A DNA stretch of 63,638 nucleotides, filler included, from Piedraia hortae CBS 480.64 (GCA_010093745.1; 5 parts of 5 records of this genome joined end to end with filler, not necessarily neighbours in it), one strand, 5' to 3'. Counted from the whole stretch's first letter, positions 13,150-24,460 are shown. Made by a program: numbers and translations. Notes: a model not told the origin generated them from the sequence alone.

Positions 13150-13792
13150 ATGTTGCGCACATCGTTTGCCCGCGCCCCTTCCATCATTCGCGGCCCGGTG
13201 CCCGTTGTCGGTCGGCGCAACGCGCACGCCATCAGCAACCCGACGCTGGCCAACATTGAGAAACGCTGGGAGGGCATGCCTCCGCAAGAGCAGGCCGAGC
13301 TCTGGATGGCTCTGCGGGACCGCATGAAGGTCGACTGGCATGAGTTGACGACCCAGGAAAAGAGAGCCGGTACGTCCGATTCCTTCCTTTGGACATTGAC
13401 CGCCAAGCTCACACCAATGCAGCATACTGGATCGCATTCGGTCCGCACGGTCCTCGAGCTCTACCCCCGCCCAACGAGGGTCGCAAAATCATCCTCTATG
13501 TCACAGGTGGTCTTCTTGTTTCCGGCGCTCTCTTCTCCCTCACGCGCTACAGCATGGGCGGCGCCAGCCCAGCCACAATGAGCAAAGAATGGCAAGAAAA
13601 GTCCAACGAGTACATGAAGGTGATTCAAGTCCGTCGTGGTCCCAAAGCAGGAGCTGACGGTCTCTCCAGGAAAATAAAATCGAGCCCATCACGGGCGTCC
13701 CGAGCGATGACTACAAAGGCGCCGGCATGGTACAGAACGTGTTTGGTCTCAAAGAACCCAAGCCCCAGACAGACGAGGAAGAGGAGGCGTAG
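13150..13792 (+). CDS. COX5: Cytochrome c oxidase subunit V (COX4/Cox5 family), 2 introns
   Basis: Presequence, then HAISNPTLANIEKRWE, AAYWIAFGPHGPR, TMSKEWQE, EPITG. Confidence 0.92.
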
Positions 13793-14238
13793 TTCTGTAG
13801 TCCATGGAGCCGTTTTTTTTTTTCATATGTACGCAAACCATTCTGTAAATTGGCCGGTTCATGTGCTGCAATTGAATACTCCATCAGTTCTTCTCGTAGG
13901 GTTTACCATGATAAACCTAACCGACGTGAATTTGCAATCCAGCTTCAGGAAGCCATTCAGGAAGATGAGTTTCTCATAAACCTTCCCACCGAAGCAATGC
14001 ACGCTGCCCAACCGTGTAACCTATCTCTTCCCAGAAACCCCAGTCACTATTAAACAATCAGAATAAAACGATTCAAAATGCCATCTAGCCCTCTATGAGC
14101 GCCGTGTATATTCATCGAAGCCATCGCAAGCAAAATATCAACCCCAGCTACTGTCGGAGGAGTGCAAACTTTCCGTAATCATTCACTGTCCATCCAGTCC
14201 TTGGATTGTAAAGCGAATGACAAGGGAAAAAAAATATG

Positions 14239-14328
14239 CTCCCCATCAGGGAATCGAACCCTGGTCTCCCGCGCTTGAAATTGGGAATCAATGACAAGCG
14301 GAAATCATGACCACTAGACCAATGAGGA
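14239..14328 (-). tRNA. tRNA-Asp(GTC) with 18-nt intron
   Basis: TCCTCATTGGTCTAGTGG...CCGCTT-GTC-A[intron]CGCGGGAGACCAGGGTTCGATTCCCTGATGGGGAG; A and B boxes; T8 Pol III terminator at 14227-14234. Confidence 0.95.
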
Positions 14329-14474
14329 CTACTATAATAACACTTCAGGTAAAGAAAAATATATCAGTAAAATTGAAAACATGTAAAACTTGGTGGGCGA
14401 GTATGAGGTTGACATTGCAGTCTCTTTTTGGAAGTTTGGATTCGCGAATGTTTTGACCGGAAGGGCTTGAAATA

Positions 14475-15170
14475 CAGTGCCCCAAGAAATTATTCCAGAT
14501 CTTAGGGTTATTGACACATCAAAACCATTGCCTGCGCTTTATCAACTGTATAAATCTGAGAGTAGTACCATTTGATGGCGCTTCGAATGCGCTATCGAAC
14601 GAGAGTAGATTCGTCTATGTATGTGGTATATAGCGCGAGAAAGTTGATGTTGAAGTGATGCAATTTCGTGGGACAATTTATTAGCGACGCGCCAAAACAT
14701 CAACATCAGCCAAGCAACAAGTCATATTCAGTACGCAACACCTCGACACACGTAAAGAGTGAACACAACGAATTCCAGAGTCTGCAGATTCCACTCACAA
14801 TCGAGATTTTCAGATCTGATCAACATGCGACCGTTGGGACCGTCTAAGCGTGAGAACATCATCGCTGGCATGAAATCGGGCAAACCGGTCCGTAAAATCG
14901 CGAAAGACTCCGGATGTAACAAGGGTAACGTCGAAAGAGTCCACAAGGAGCTGAAGGATAAGGGTGCAAACGTTGTAGATAGCAATGCGGGCCGTCCAGC
15001 CAAGTGTTGTGAATATGCGGTATATTACGCGCATTATTAGTAACCGGCGCTCGGCTCTCGACTTCACGCGTCAACTAGTTTTCCGTAGAGATTTGTATGC
15101 AGGTACACATCTGCTCACAATTATAATACCAAGCTTGATAAAGTTACCAAACGGCGTGCCACGCGTATAG
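14475..15170 (+). mobile_element. Tc1/mariner remnant: left end and N-terminal DNA-binding part of transposase, interrupted by a solo LTR
   Basis: TA|CAGTGCCCCAAGAAATTATTC terminus; ORF MRPLGPSKRENII...RKIAKDSGCNKGNV...GRPAK continues as LDKVTKR when the LTR and one TSD are removed. No DDE domain or right TIR seen. Confidence 0.7.
15005..15128 (+). mobile_element. Complete solo LTR, family A (124 bp)
   Basis: TGTTGTG...TTATAATA flanked by perfect 5-bp TSD CCAAG (15000-15004 and 15129-15133). Confidence 0.97.
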
Positions 15171-15299
15171 ATCTCCCATCAGCACACGAGTAACTGGTCT
15201 TGCTGCAATTGCTTGTTCAACAAAGCAAGTGTTACGTCGTGGCAAGATGTGGCTTCGGCGGCAGCACTCAGATCCGAAAAGTACTCTCGGGCACTTGAG

Positions 15300-16986
15300 A
15301 GAACTGAGAATGGCATCAAGCCACCGATCTCCTCACTATAACACTTGCAAGGATTTGATCCGCACCAGGATATCCCATTTGAAATATTGCATGGTGTGCC
15401 ACTGGGGTTTGTCAGAAGCCTCTGGCACCAGTCCTTGGATGACCCGACGATTTAAGTCGGACTTTGAGGAGTTGGCTCTCTGCGTAGCCTCCTCAAGCCG
15501 GGATGAGATGAACAGTTTTATGGGCGCGCAACATATGCTGCTTTGGAGCAAGTCCTTTGTGGGCTCGGATTTTCGGGCCTTGATCGAGATCTGGCCGGCA
15601 ACCTTGGTCTCACACGTCAATGTATCGAAGATCCACTTGCTCACTTGGCGCCATTGAGAGCAGATGCTACACCCATATTGCGTGCTATGGCAGAACATGG
15701 AGTTGTATTGGGAGGATACCAGGCTACAGCATACTTCTACCCTATTGTGAAGATTACATCGGCTCCTTGGGACTTCTTCTGTAACAGCAACGAGTGCGAT
15801 CCAGATAGTTTCATTACTACAATGAGGCAAATCACGATGCTGGAGATAGTGGAAGACGTCCGTTCTGATGAAGGCAAGAGAGTAGTGTATTTGCGAGGAC
15901 ATATAAATGGATCGACCAACCCTATCGCAGTGAGAATCTATGTCTCTTCTATTGATCCCATGGCTGCAATTATGGACCTGAAGATGGGATGGGTCCGGTC
16001 CGTAGGCTCCTGATGCTGTGGTGTGTCGCAGCCCATCTTGCCAGAATGATATATTCTAGGCAGATTGAAGACATGGACCGGTGGGAAGCACTGTTCAAGC
16101 ATCGTTACGAACGTATGCTTCAGCTATAAACCGACGTCTGGGGCCTGGACAGCATCGGAAAAAAAAACAGAGCTTCATATGCTTGCCCATGTGCCTGAAA
16201 TGGTGCGCAGATTTGGCCCACTGCAAGGAACATCCTCGGAGATCCCAGAGTCGCTCAATCGGCACCTGCGGGGTTACGTACGGTACTCAAACCATCAAGC
16301 AAATTCCTTTGATGCCGCTGGTCATGCGTCAATTGGAGCGGCTAAAATTTATCTTGCCAACCGGGGTTGGTGGTGTCATGATGGCACACATATGACACAG
16401 GCTGGGGAAAAGTGCATCGAGGCTCTCAACCAGCCGCGGATGCGACGGCTGCTGGGCCTTCCCGTTGACCCGGCTGCACCGATCCACACGATGAGCATAC
16501 AATTGCCACCAGGGGATTTGCCAGCTCATGATGGGCTTTTTACGAAGTTTGGCTTGGCTGGTCCCAATACTCGTACAAGGCATTTACCCGCTTGCATGCA
16601 CCTGTCAAGTGCAGTGTTTGATCGTTTGTGAAATGTGGTGGTCAGACTATTTTCCGGCTCAGATTTCTCTTGAGACAGCTGGGCATAGCCAATCGCGTCG
16701 CCCTTCTTGAGGAATTTTATACAACCACATTGGAAGACCAGCGTGGCACCTTTAGGTTACCTTGTTGGCCTCTTGTGAGCGATTCACAATAATGCCCGTG
16801 GGCTCAATCTACAATGTCCCAAACGTGCAACACTTCTGCACTGTGGATTGCCGAAATGTTTGGGTGCCTGACGCAACCAGAAGAGAACGGGAAAGCGTTG
16901 AAGGGTTTGCCTGGAGGCACTCCACAGACGGCGTGCATGGCAATCGCTGGATCGAAAACATCCACATGCGAACGCATGATAATTGA
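15300..16986 (+). pseudogene. Degraded CACTA/Plavaka-related transposase
   Basis: Motifs in shifting frames: GFDPHQDIPFEILHGVPLGFV, SFVGSDFR, ELHMLAHVPEMVRRFGP...SEIPESLN...SNHQA, NVQHFC...RRERE; stops and frameshifts present. Confidence 0.65.
15623..15986 (+). other. Unrelated gene fragment inserted into the transposase
   Basis: Encodes LRAMAEHGVVLGGYQATAYFYP...SAPWDFFC; bounded by ATG on both sides; removal rejoins the transposase in frame. Confidence 0.55.
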
Positions 16987-17178
16987 TCCTGCTGGGCTGT
17001 TTGAGATTAATATGTGCAAGAGATTTGTAAGGGGGTTTAGTATTATCTGATTCTTCCGGTGGAGAATGTACTTTTGGCAAAACGGCCGTGTTCTCTTATG
17101 ATATTTATCTGTATGTGCTTGACTTGCCAATAGCCTTGATATGTTCGCGATATTTCCGAGATTAGTTGCCCAATCGCC

Positions 17179-17226
17179 GCATGATGCTGCGTCACGCAAC
17201 CTACCCCGTGTGACGCAGCATCATGC
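17179..17226. repeat. Perfect 17-bp inverted repeat with 14-nt loop
   Basis: GCATGATGCTGCGTCAC (17179-17195) and GTGACGCAGCATCATGC (17210-17226). Confidence 0.9.
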
Positions 17227-17965
17227 CGGGGAGTTGGCTGTGTACATCACCTCTTCCAAGACACACAGAAATGCTGGACCCGCGTTTCAGCTTCAGTTAT
17301 ACCGGCGACATGCTCTGGTCTGGGATCGCAGAGGTGGCCCCGAAAGGAGCATGCCGCAAGAGCTAACTCGGCGGGCATTCCGGCAGAAGAGCAATTTGAT
17401 ATTTATGCTGCTCATGACGAAATGTCGGCCCTCATCTCGGGCGTGCTGTCGGAGAAAGGAAGTTCCTTCCATGGACGGCACAAGGCTTTTCCCCCAGTGC
17501 CCAGAGAAACTGAAGCGTTGACGTGGTGCAAGACGGTGAGGCAACATAAATTTCTACGACGATAGCCAGGGACGTCCTTGCAGTACAAGCGACAAGCATG
17601 TCCTCAGAGAGAGTTTTTTTTCGCTAAGGCAGCCATAGCTTCGCCTTCCGTCAGGCAGATTGGTAGTTGCTGGAACCGAAGAGATGGGGCGTTGTTTATC
17701 GTTGGTGGGCATGGAGGAAAAGGGCTAGGATGTCGGCTGTGCTAGACAAGCTGGAGAGGAAAATGGGGGCAAGCCAATTGTCAGGACGACCGTAGAGCCT
17801 GAGCCCTTGTGGTCAGAAACTAAAGATTTCAAGTCGACAGCTAAGGCTGGCTGAACCCCTGTGGCCTGAAGCCAATCTGGCAACCACCTGGAAGGAGAAG
17901 GAGACGAAGGTAAAGATCATGCCGTTTTTGGACGGTATTAGCGATTCTAATTCGATTCTATCAAG

Positions 17966-18053
17966 CGGCGCTCGGCTCTCGACTTGACGCGTCAACCAGT
18001 TTTTCGTAGAGACTTGTATGCATACTGGCACACATCTCCTCACAATTATAACA
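17966..18053 (+). mobile_element. 5'-truncated LTR of divergent family-A variant (ends ...ATAACA)
   Basis: Aligns to LTR A and carries the same 4-nt longer GCATACTGG segment as 25752-25879. Confidence 0.9.
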
Positions 18054-18427
18054 AATGGCCTTTGGGGACTTTGTATCGTTAAGCTGACCGTCCCAGTGCT
18101 TCCCTTCAAAATTTCAGCGGAAATACATCACCATAGATCCCTCCAAATTCTTGCGCAGATGCCGGTCATGGGAAATGCACATGGAATCCCGGCGCGCCCA
18201 ACACCACCACAGAGCGTGGAGTCATCCACAGCACGACGCGGCCGAGGACTGGCATCTGCCTATAAAGGAACGAAACAAGGCCCTTTCCTCATGTGGTCTG
18301 GCGGCGATGACCATATCGTGAATTGCATTGGTTCTCCAGAAAAAGCTACAAATTCAGGGGCACGGACCGACTGTATCGCTCAGTTAAGTAATTGGGAACG
18401 TTGGAAATTTGAACAAATCCATTTTTT

Positions 18428-20419
18428 CTAAAAGGGAACTTTGTCCGTAAAATATAAAACAGTATAATCAGTCTCTATGTTGGGAACAACCATCGTTAGT
18501 CCGCACAAGAACCAACCAAATGTTTCCAGCTGATCAGGGCGTTTGAACATCTTCCTACCATTGACAGTGATCCAATTATTTGTTTCATATGTTGTATGAT
18601 CCAAGGCCCAGATTTGTCGGCCGTGGAACATCGAAGTTGACTCTGTTGAGGCGGAAGAGTCCTCCTGCGCTTGGGGCTGCGCAGATTCGTTGGCTGCTAA
18701 CCTGTCCACGACAGGCAGGAACGCTGACGACACAAAGCGTCCATCGATAAGTATAGAACCACCCTAAGGGCCCCGATGGAGTGTGCGCACAATGCTCGCC
18801 TTTTCAATGTCCCATTCACATATGCTTTTGAAGTTATAAGTGTAGAGCATCCTACCGTCTGTTGAGAAACATGGCTTCTCCATTCGGTCTTCAGATCTCA
18901 GTACTAGCGGGGTTTGTGACTTCGGTCCCCAGATCCTTATTGTGTTATCGAATGATGCCGATGCAAAGTTCTGCCCATCCGGAGAAAATGCTATCGCAGT
19001 GATCAATTTCGTATGACCGGTGAATTTTTCTCGCAGAACTCCCCGTTCCAGATCAAAAGCCCATATCTGACCGTCGTACGAACCGCAAAGGAGTGTTTTG
19101 CTGTCTGGGGATAACGCAAGAGCAGTAACATAGACCGGTCTGTCTTTTAACTCTCTCAAAGCATTTGCTTCCATGTCCCAAATCAACACCACATTTTTCG
19201 GGGGCCAGCTTAAGGAGGCAACAACCACGAAACGACTGTCCGATGAGATCAACATCTCTTTATATCTCCTCTGCCAATGATGTAAGAGCCTGTCATCTGT
19301 TAACCGCCGTTCGCAAATTCGCGTTTCAATGTTCCAAAGGCTGAGCTGGTTTCTCGGACTCCATAAGGCGAGTGATCGTCCATCCGTTGACAGTGCCGCC
19401 TTAGCGGGACCAGTTCGATGCTGCGGGCTCTTCAAGGCCAGATCGACGTCCAGTTGTGTAATTCGTCCATCCCAATGCCCCGCCCAGATTGTTTTTCCGT
19501 CGGGCGATAATGTCATGGCTGTGATGTTGACTCCCAATCGCAGTTTCATCGGCTCTTGTTGCGTTTGAAAATCGTAGAGATAAAGACCACGCCAGTCCCC
19601 AAACAAGACTCTCTGGCTGTCTGGCGTGACCATGAGATGAAATTTGCCATAACGTTCGTATCCTCGCATGATTTGCTCAACTTTGTGGGTAGTGCAGTGA
19701 AACACCGATAACGAGTCAGAGCGAAAGACAACGAACTTGCCGTTTGGCGAAATGGCGATTTCCCAGATGGTACTACCTACTTGGCATAGTTTTTCAGGCC
19801 CAGCTTGTGGGCTCCATTTCCAGATGTCTGTGGATCCCGACACCAGCGTCTCACTATCCGACGAGAACGCCATGCACCACACTGAAGAGCTGTGACCCTC
19901 AAACACCTGCCCGGCGTCCTCTTCAGCGTCCTTGTCGGCGTCCCAGATGTAAATCTCGCCGTTGAGCAAGCCCCAAGCGGCATATCGGCCGTTTGGAGAG
20001 ACGGAAACCCTTCTTGCAACGCTGGGCAGTTTGAGATCAATCCGTCTGGCGTCGTCTTCCAAATTCCACCTCAAATACACTCCCGACTCCACAGCAATGA
20101 CCACAACGTCTTCTTCAGGGAACACTGAAGCGGCGTCCCAAAGATAATATCTTGACGACACTTTGACCTCACTTATTACAATTTCCGTACGTTTTTCTTC
20201 GGTGCCGCTTTCAACATCCCATAGTCGCACTGTCTTGTCCCTGCCAACGGTGACAAGTCGTCTCCCGTCGATTGAAGGCGTTATCGACAGTATCCAATCA
20301 GCATGCCCCCTCAGGGTTTGCAACTCAAAGCCCCAATCAGTCGCGACTGGCGGCCAAACTTGCAAGAGATCTTCCACTTCATGCCAGAAGGTGTTTCGTA
20401 CGATACTGTTGCTCGGCGC
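18428..20419 (-). pseudogene. WD40 C-terminal half of a NACHT-WD40 NLR gene, broken by copia insertion
   Basis: APSNSIVRNTF...LQTLRGH, multiple GH-WD repeats; in-frame TAG at 18764; paralogous to 34883-36850. Confidence 0.88.
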
Positions 20420-20909
20420 TATTATAATTGTGAGCAGATGTGTACCTGCATACAAATCTCTGCGGAAAACTAGTTGACGCGTGAAGTCGAGAGCCGAGCG
20501 CCGGTTACTAATAATGCGCGTAATATACCGCATATTTACAACACTCCCCCTTGCTGATTCGATTCAGCACTCCACGGTGCGCGGTTTCGATCAAAAGATA
20601 GGGATAGACGACCGTGCTTTGGTCAGGGAGTCTGCTTTCTGTTCTTTCGTTGGAATGTACTTGACATCCACATTCTTCTTCTCATACTGCCTGCGACAAA
20701 AGTGGTTTCGCAAATCAACGTGCTTGGATCTTCGATGATTGTCATGGTTTTTGGTCAGCGCGATGGCTGACTGATTGTCAACAAAAATCGAGATGCCATT
20801 CGATGATTGATTGATGTTGCTGCTGTGTAAGTGTAAGCGAATCGCCATAGACAGATTGCTCATCGAACGAGACATGAGGCGTAATGATGATGACGGGTCG
20901 ATAGGCGTT
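20420..20909 (-). mobile_element. 3' end of Ty1/copia element: integrase tail, RNase H tail, PPT and 3' LTR (20420-20543)
   Basis: VDNQSAIAL...HRRSKHVDLRNHF...YIPTKEQKADSLTK; PPT AAGGGGGAG abuts LTR; runs into gap. Confidence 0.95.
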
Positions 20910-21009
20910 NNNNNNNNNNNNNNNNNNNNNNNNNNNNNNNNNNNNNNNNNNNNTTAATTAATTAANNNNNNNNNNNNNNNNNNNNNNNNNNNNNNNNNNN
21001 NNNNNNNNN
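20910..21009. other. Artificial contig spacer
   Basis: 100 nt of N containing TTAATTAATTAA. Confidence 0.99.
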
Positions 21010-22103
21010 ATTCATCCTCACAGACGCGAACAGCAGGTTCCGATGGGTGATCACAGGTGCCACCAAAGGAGAAGCGGCAACGGGCCTGAAGGACTTCATA
21101 ATCCAAATGCAGCATCAGTACAGCAAAACTCTGAAGCTCATCTTCACGGACGGAGGAACCGAATTCCAAAACAAAACAGTCCATGACATTGCTCGAGCGG
21201 CCGGCATCAGGATAGATGTTTCGGCACCCTATACACCTGAACAGAATGGGACTGCCGAATCATCCAACAAGGTAATCATTAGACGAGCTCGAACGATGCT
21301 CATAGACGCCAAGATGCCGCCAGAGTTGTGGCCATTAGCCGTGCACTATTCATGCTACGTAACCAATCACATCTTCAACATCAAAACAGAAGCCATACCA
21401 GCACAAACGTTCATGAAAGGCTTGGACCAACCCACTGACGACCCATTAGATTTGAGCCACCTCAAAAGGTTTGGCTGCAAAGCCTATCCATTGATCCAAC
21501 CGAGTGTCCAATCTAAATGGGTTCCACGAGCAGAGGTCGGCTGGTTCGTAGGGTTTCAACCGAATACGATGACAAACTACAAAATTCTTGTTTGGAGATG
21601 GAATAACAAATTCAACGCCTATCGACCCGTCATCATCATTACGCCTCATGTCTCGTTCGATGAGCAATCTGTCTATGGCGATTCGCTTACACTTACACAG
21701 CAGCAACATCAATCAATCATCGAATGGCATCTCGATTTTTGTTGACAATCAGTCAGCCATCGCGCTGACCAAAAACCATGACAATCATCGAAGATCCAAG
21801 CACGTTGATTTGCGAAACCACTTTTGTCGCAGGCAGTATGAGAAGAAGAAAGTGGATGTCAAGTACATTCCAACGAAAGAACAGAAAGCAGACTCCCTGA
21901 CCAAAGCACGGTCGTCTATCCCTATCTTTTGATCGAAACCGCGCACCGTGGAGTGCTGAATCGAATAAGCAAGGGGGAGGGTTGTGAATATGCGGTATAT
22001 TACGCGCATTATTAGTAACCGTCGCTCGGCTCTCGACTTCACGCGTCAACTAGTTTTCCGTAGAGATTTGTATGCAGGTACACATCTGCTCACAATTATA
22101 ATA
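21010..22103 (+). mobile_element. Ty1/copia element lacking RT: integrase core, RNase H tail, PPT and 3' LTR (21980-22103)
   Basis: TDGGTEF, SAPYTPEQNGTAE, LWPLAV, LKRFGCKAY, FVGF, VSFDE, then VDNQSAIAL about 75 nt later; PPT at 21971-21979; first LTR base is G rather than T. Confidence 0.95.
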
Positions 22104-22152
22104 CTATGCAAGTGCCCCGCATACGCGCTAGCGGCGATGCCTGAATCCAACA
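22104..22152 (-). mobile_element. Terminal 49 bp of LTR-like repeat family B, interrupted by the copia insertion
   Basis: CTATGCAAGTGCCCCGCATACGCGCTAGCGGCGATGC...CAACA matches 30549-30597 and stops at the same CAACA boundary. Confidence 0.9.
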
Positions 22153-24299
22153 AAAAGCGCACAACTCTTCACAAAAGGTTCATCGCTAGCGCACCTGTTA
22201 AAGTATAGCGCCGAACTTCAGCCAATACGGGACCTTCTTCGGCACCATGCGTATACTAGATTAGTGGGAAAGTGGCGTCTCCGCCTGATTGGTCGGAGTA
22301 CAGAACCATATTCATTTAGGCACGCTAGCGATAAAGAGTTAGTAGGGCAATATCATCATCCGCATAATGTCATATCTTCTCCGCAAGAATATTATATCTT
22401 GAACATTTAACGAATCATATCTCGAACATATCAAATACCATACCTTGATGATAGTGTCGGTTAGGTCTTCATGGAGCTCTCTATCATAAAATCTAGGGTC
22501 TTCATTGTCAGAAGGATGTGGCACCTACCATGACCACAATTGTAGATAGGAGTCAAAATTTCTCAGGGTTTTTACCTCTATAGAGGAAGTTTTCCATGAG
22601 ACGGGTCATTGTCTCGTTCATGCTTAATGGCATGGTTCGCTGACGTTGTCCTGACGAATGCGGCTAGACTGGGGTAGTGTGGGAAAGGTATCGAACCTCA
22701 CCGCATATAGGTATAGAGATCTACATTCACATTTCCCAGTAAAAGTTGAGTGAAAAACATTTGTCGTCGATATCCGCTCCCCTTAGTCCTCGGAGGTTCA
22801 CCCCTCCGACATCATTATATCGTTTGCAGCTCCAAGAATCTGCTGCAGTGACCATTGCTTCGTTTGTGTCTATGTTCGAACTGCTCCCCTCCAACAACCC
22901 GCTCCCTAAGTGGTCCGTTTTGTGCGACCACCCAAAAACTACCACATACGTCTGTAGGATACTTTTTCTTGATATATAAGATCACATAGCTCATTGTGAT
23001 GGCTAAAACTACATCTATTCATTCGTCAACGAACCGTACGTATCGTGCGTATTGTAGAATATGGAATAGGACTCAAGCTAATCGTTGTCGACTTTCCATC
23101 GCTGTGAGACTAAGAACAGTTCTTCAAACCGATTATAAGGTACATGCCCTCATGGCACTTGCCTCTGCCGACCCCCCTTGACTGCACGTGGTCGTTCTGC
23201 GTTGATGTTCTACTGGGCTGCATTCGGGGATCAAGGAACTTAGGTCCGTACAGCTTGAGACCGTTGAAGGGGTAATGCAAGACAGTGACCCTCCTTCGTC
23301 CTCAGAGTCTCCTGCTGGGCAAGTTTCCTTTACAAACTCCCCCTCTTCAAACTCACTTCCTCGAGTGCCCTCCTCTTCAGAGTTTTGCCCCTCTTCAGAG
23401 TCAGTTGCAGAAATTGCTCCCCCTTGCGACTTTTCAAAGTTCGAAATAACTGGCTTCCGAGCAACTTCTTCTCCTTATCATGCAACTCTCGGTTGTGTTT
23501 TAGCCTTCAGTGAACATATGAAGCTTATGAGCCTTGTGCGACGTTTGAGGTTCCCTCACGGCTCTGGATTCTGCCTTGCTGGTACCGCTGGTAACGTTGC
23601 TTTGTTCCTCTCCTCTACAGGGACGAGACATCTCTTCCGGTCATGCGTCATCTTGCCGCAGGACTCATAGCAAAACACCATCACACACCTAGGGGATCAC
23701 TGCAATCGCGAGCATTCCCAGATATGATGGCGAAGTATACGAAAATGAATGTGCCCGTGAGCACACATTTCATTTCCTCTGGCTCGAATTCTTCGGCGGA
23801 CGATATGTCATTGTCAGCTCCGTTGATTTCTCGACGGCTCATATCTATCTTCCTATGAAACATCTCAATCTTCCATGGGCGCCCATTGCTTTACACCAGA
23901 TAAACTTCGCAGGGAACGCAGAATTGAATGACATAAATAGGTGTGCTTCGGTTCAAGCCATACTTTGGTGCTTGTACCTGCCCCCTTCGAATACGTCTTT
24001 CCTTTCCCAAACTCTCTCAGCTGAGTGTAACCCATGGCCAGGGTTTGGCGTGCGTATAATATTAAGACATCAGTGGGATCGCTCTCTTGCAAGCCTCATT
24101 AGAACCAAGACACGGCTTTTTCGCAGTTTGGCTAATGAAGCAGCTAAACCTGACCGATGATCGCGCATGCTCGTGCTCTGGCGGCCGCCAGCTGTCCAGA
24201 GAGCGCAGTCATACCTCACTCTCGTAATGTGATTTGGCATTGAGAAGCTTTTTCTTGGCAAAATAAACTTTAACTCGGCCAGTGGAGGGTACCATTGCC

Positions 24300-24460
24300 A
24301 GAATACATCATCTTTGCACAAGATCTTTTCGTAACCGGCATACGCCTTCCGGAACATCCGTTCCGCATCCCCTGCGAGGCTTTCATACTGGTAGAATTGA
24401 CCTACACGACAGACTTTCCCGAACATGAGTGAGTGCGTGATTCTGTGCTTGGCTTGCACT
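24300..24460 (-). pseudogene. Possible TPR-repeat remnant (NLR-TPR type)
   Basis: GQFYQ...DAERMFRKAYAGYEKIL resembles fungal NB-ARC/NACHT-TPR repeats; no intact gene. Confidence 0.35.

Noticed and set aside
18764..20533. 589-aa ORF with N-terminus [12 protein letters not shown] as a novel protein
   Set aside because: The N-terminus is LTR sequence that happens to be in frame with the broken WD40 gene; expression is not shown. The recurring MTREVESR and MKSRAERR ORFs are also LTR translations.
20954..20965. TTAATTAATTAA motif occurring four times
   Set aside because: Always embedded in 100-nt N runs; a synthetic linker.
20420..22103. Apparent single element with inverted ends or a large palindrome
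   Set aside because: The halves are two different 3' ends on separate contigs joined by an artificial spacer; their flanks do not form a TSD.
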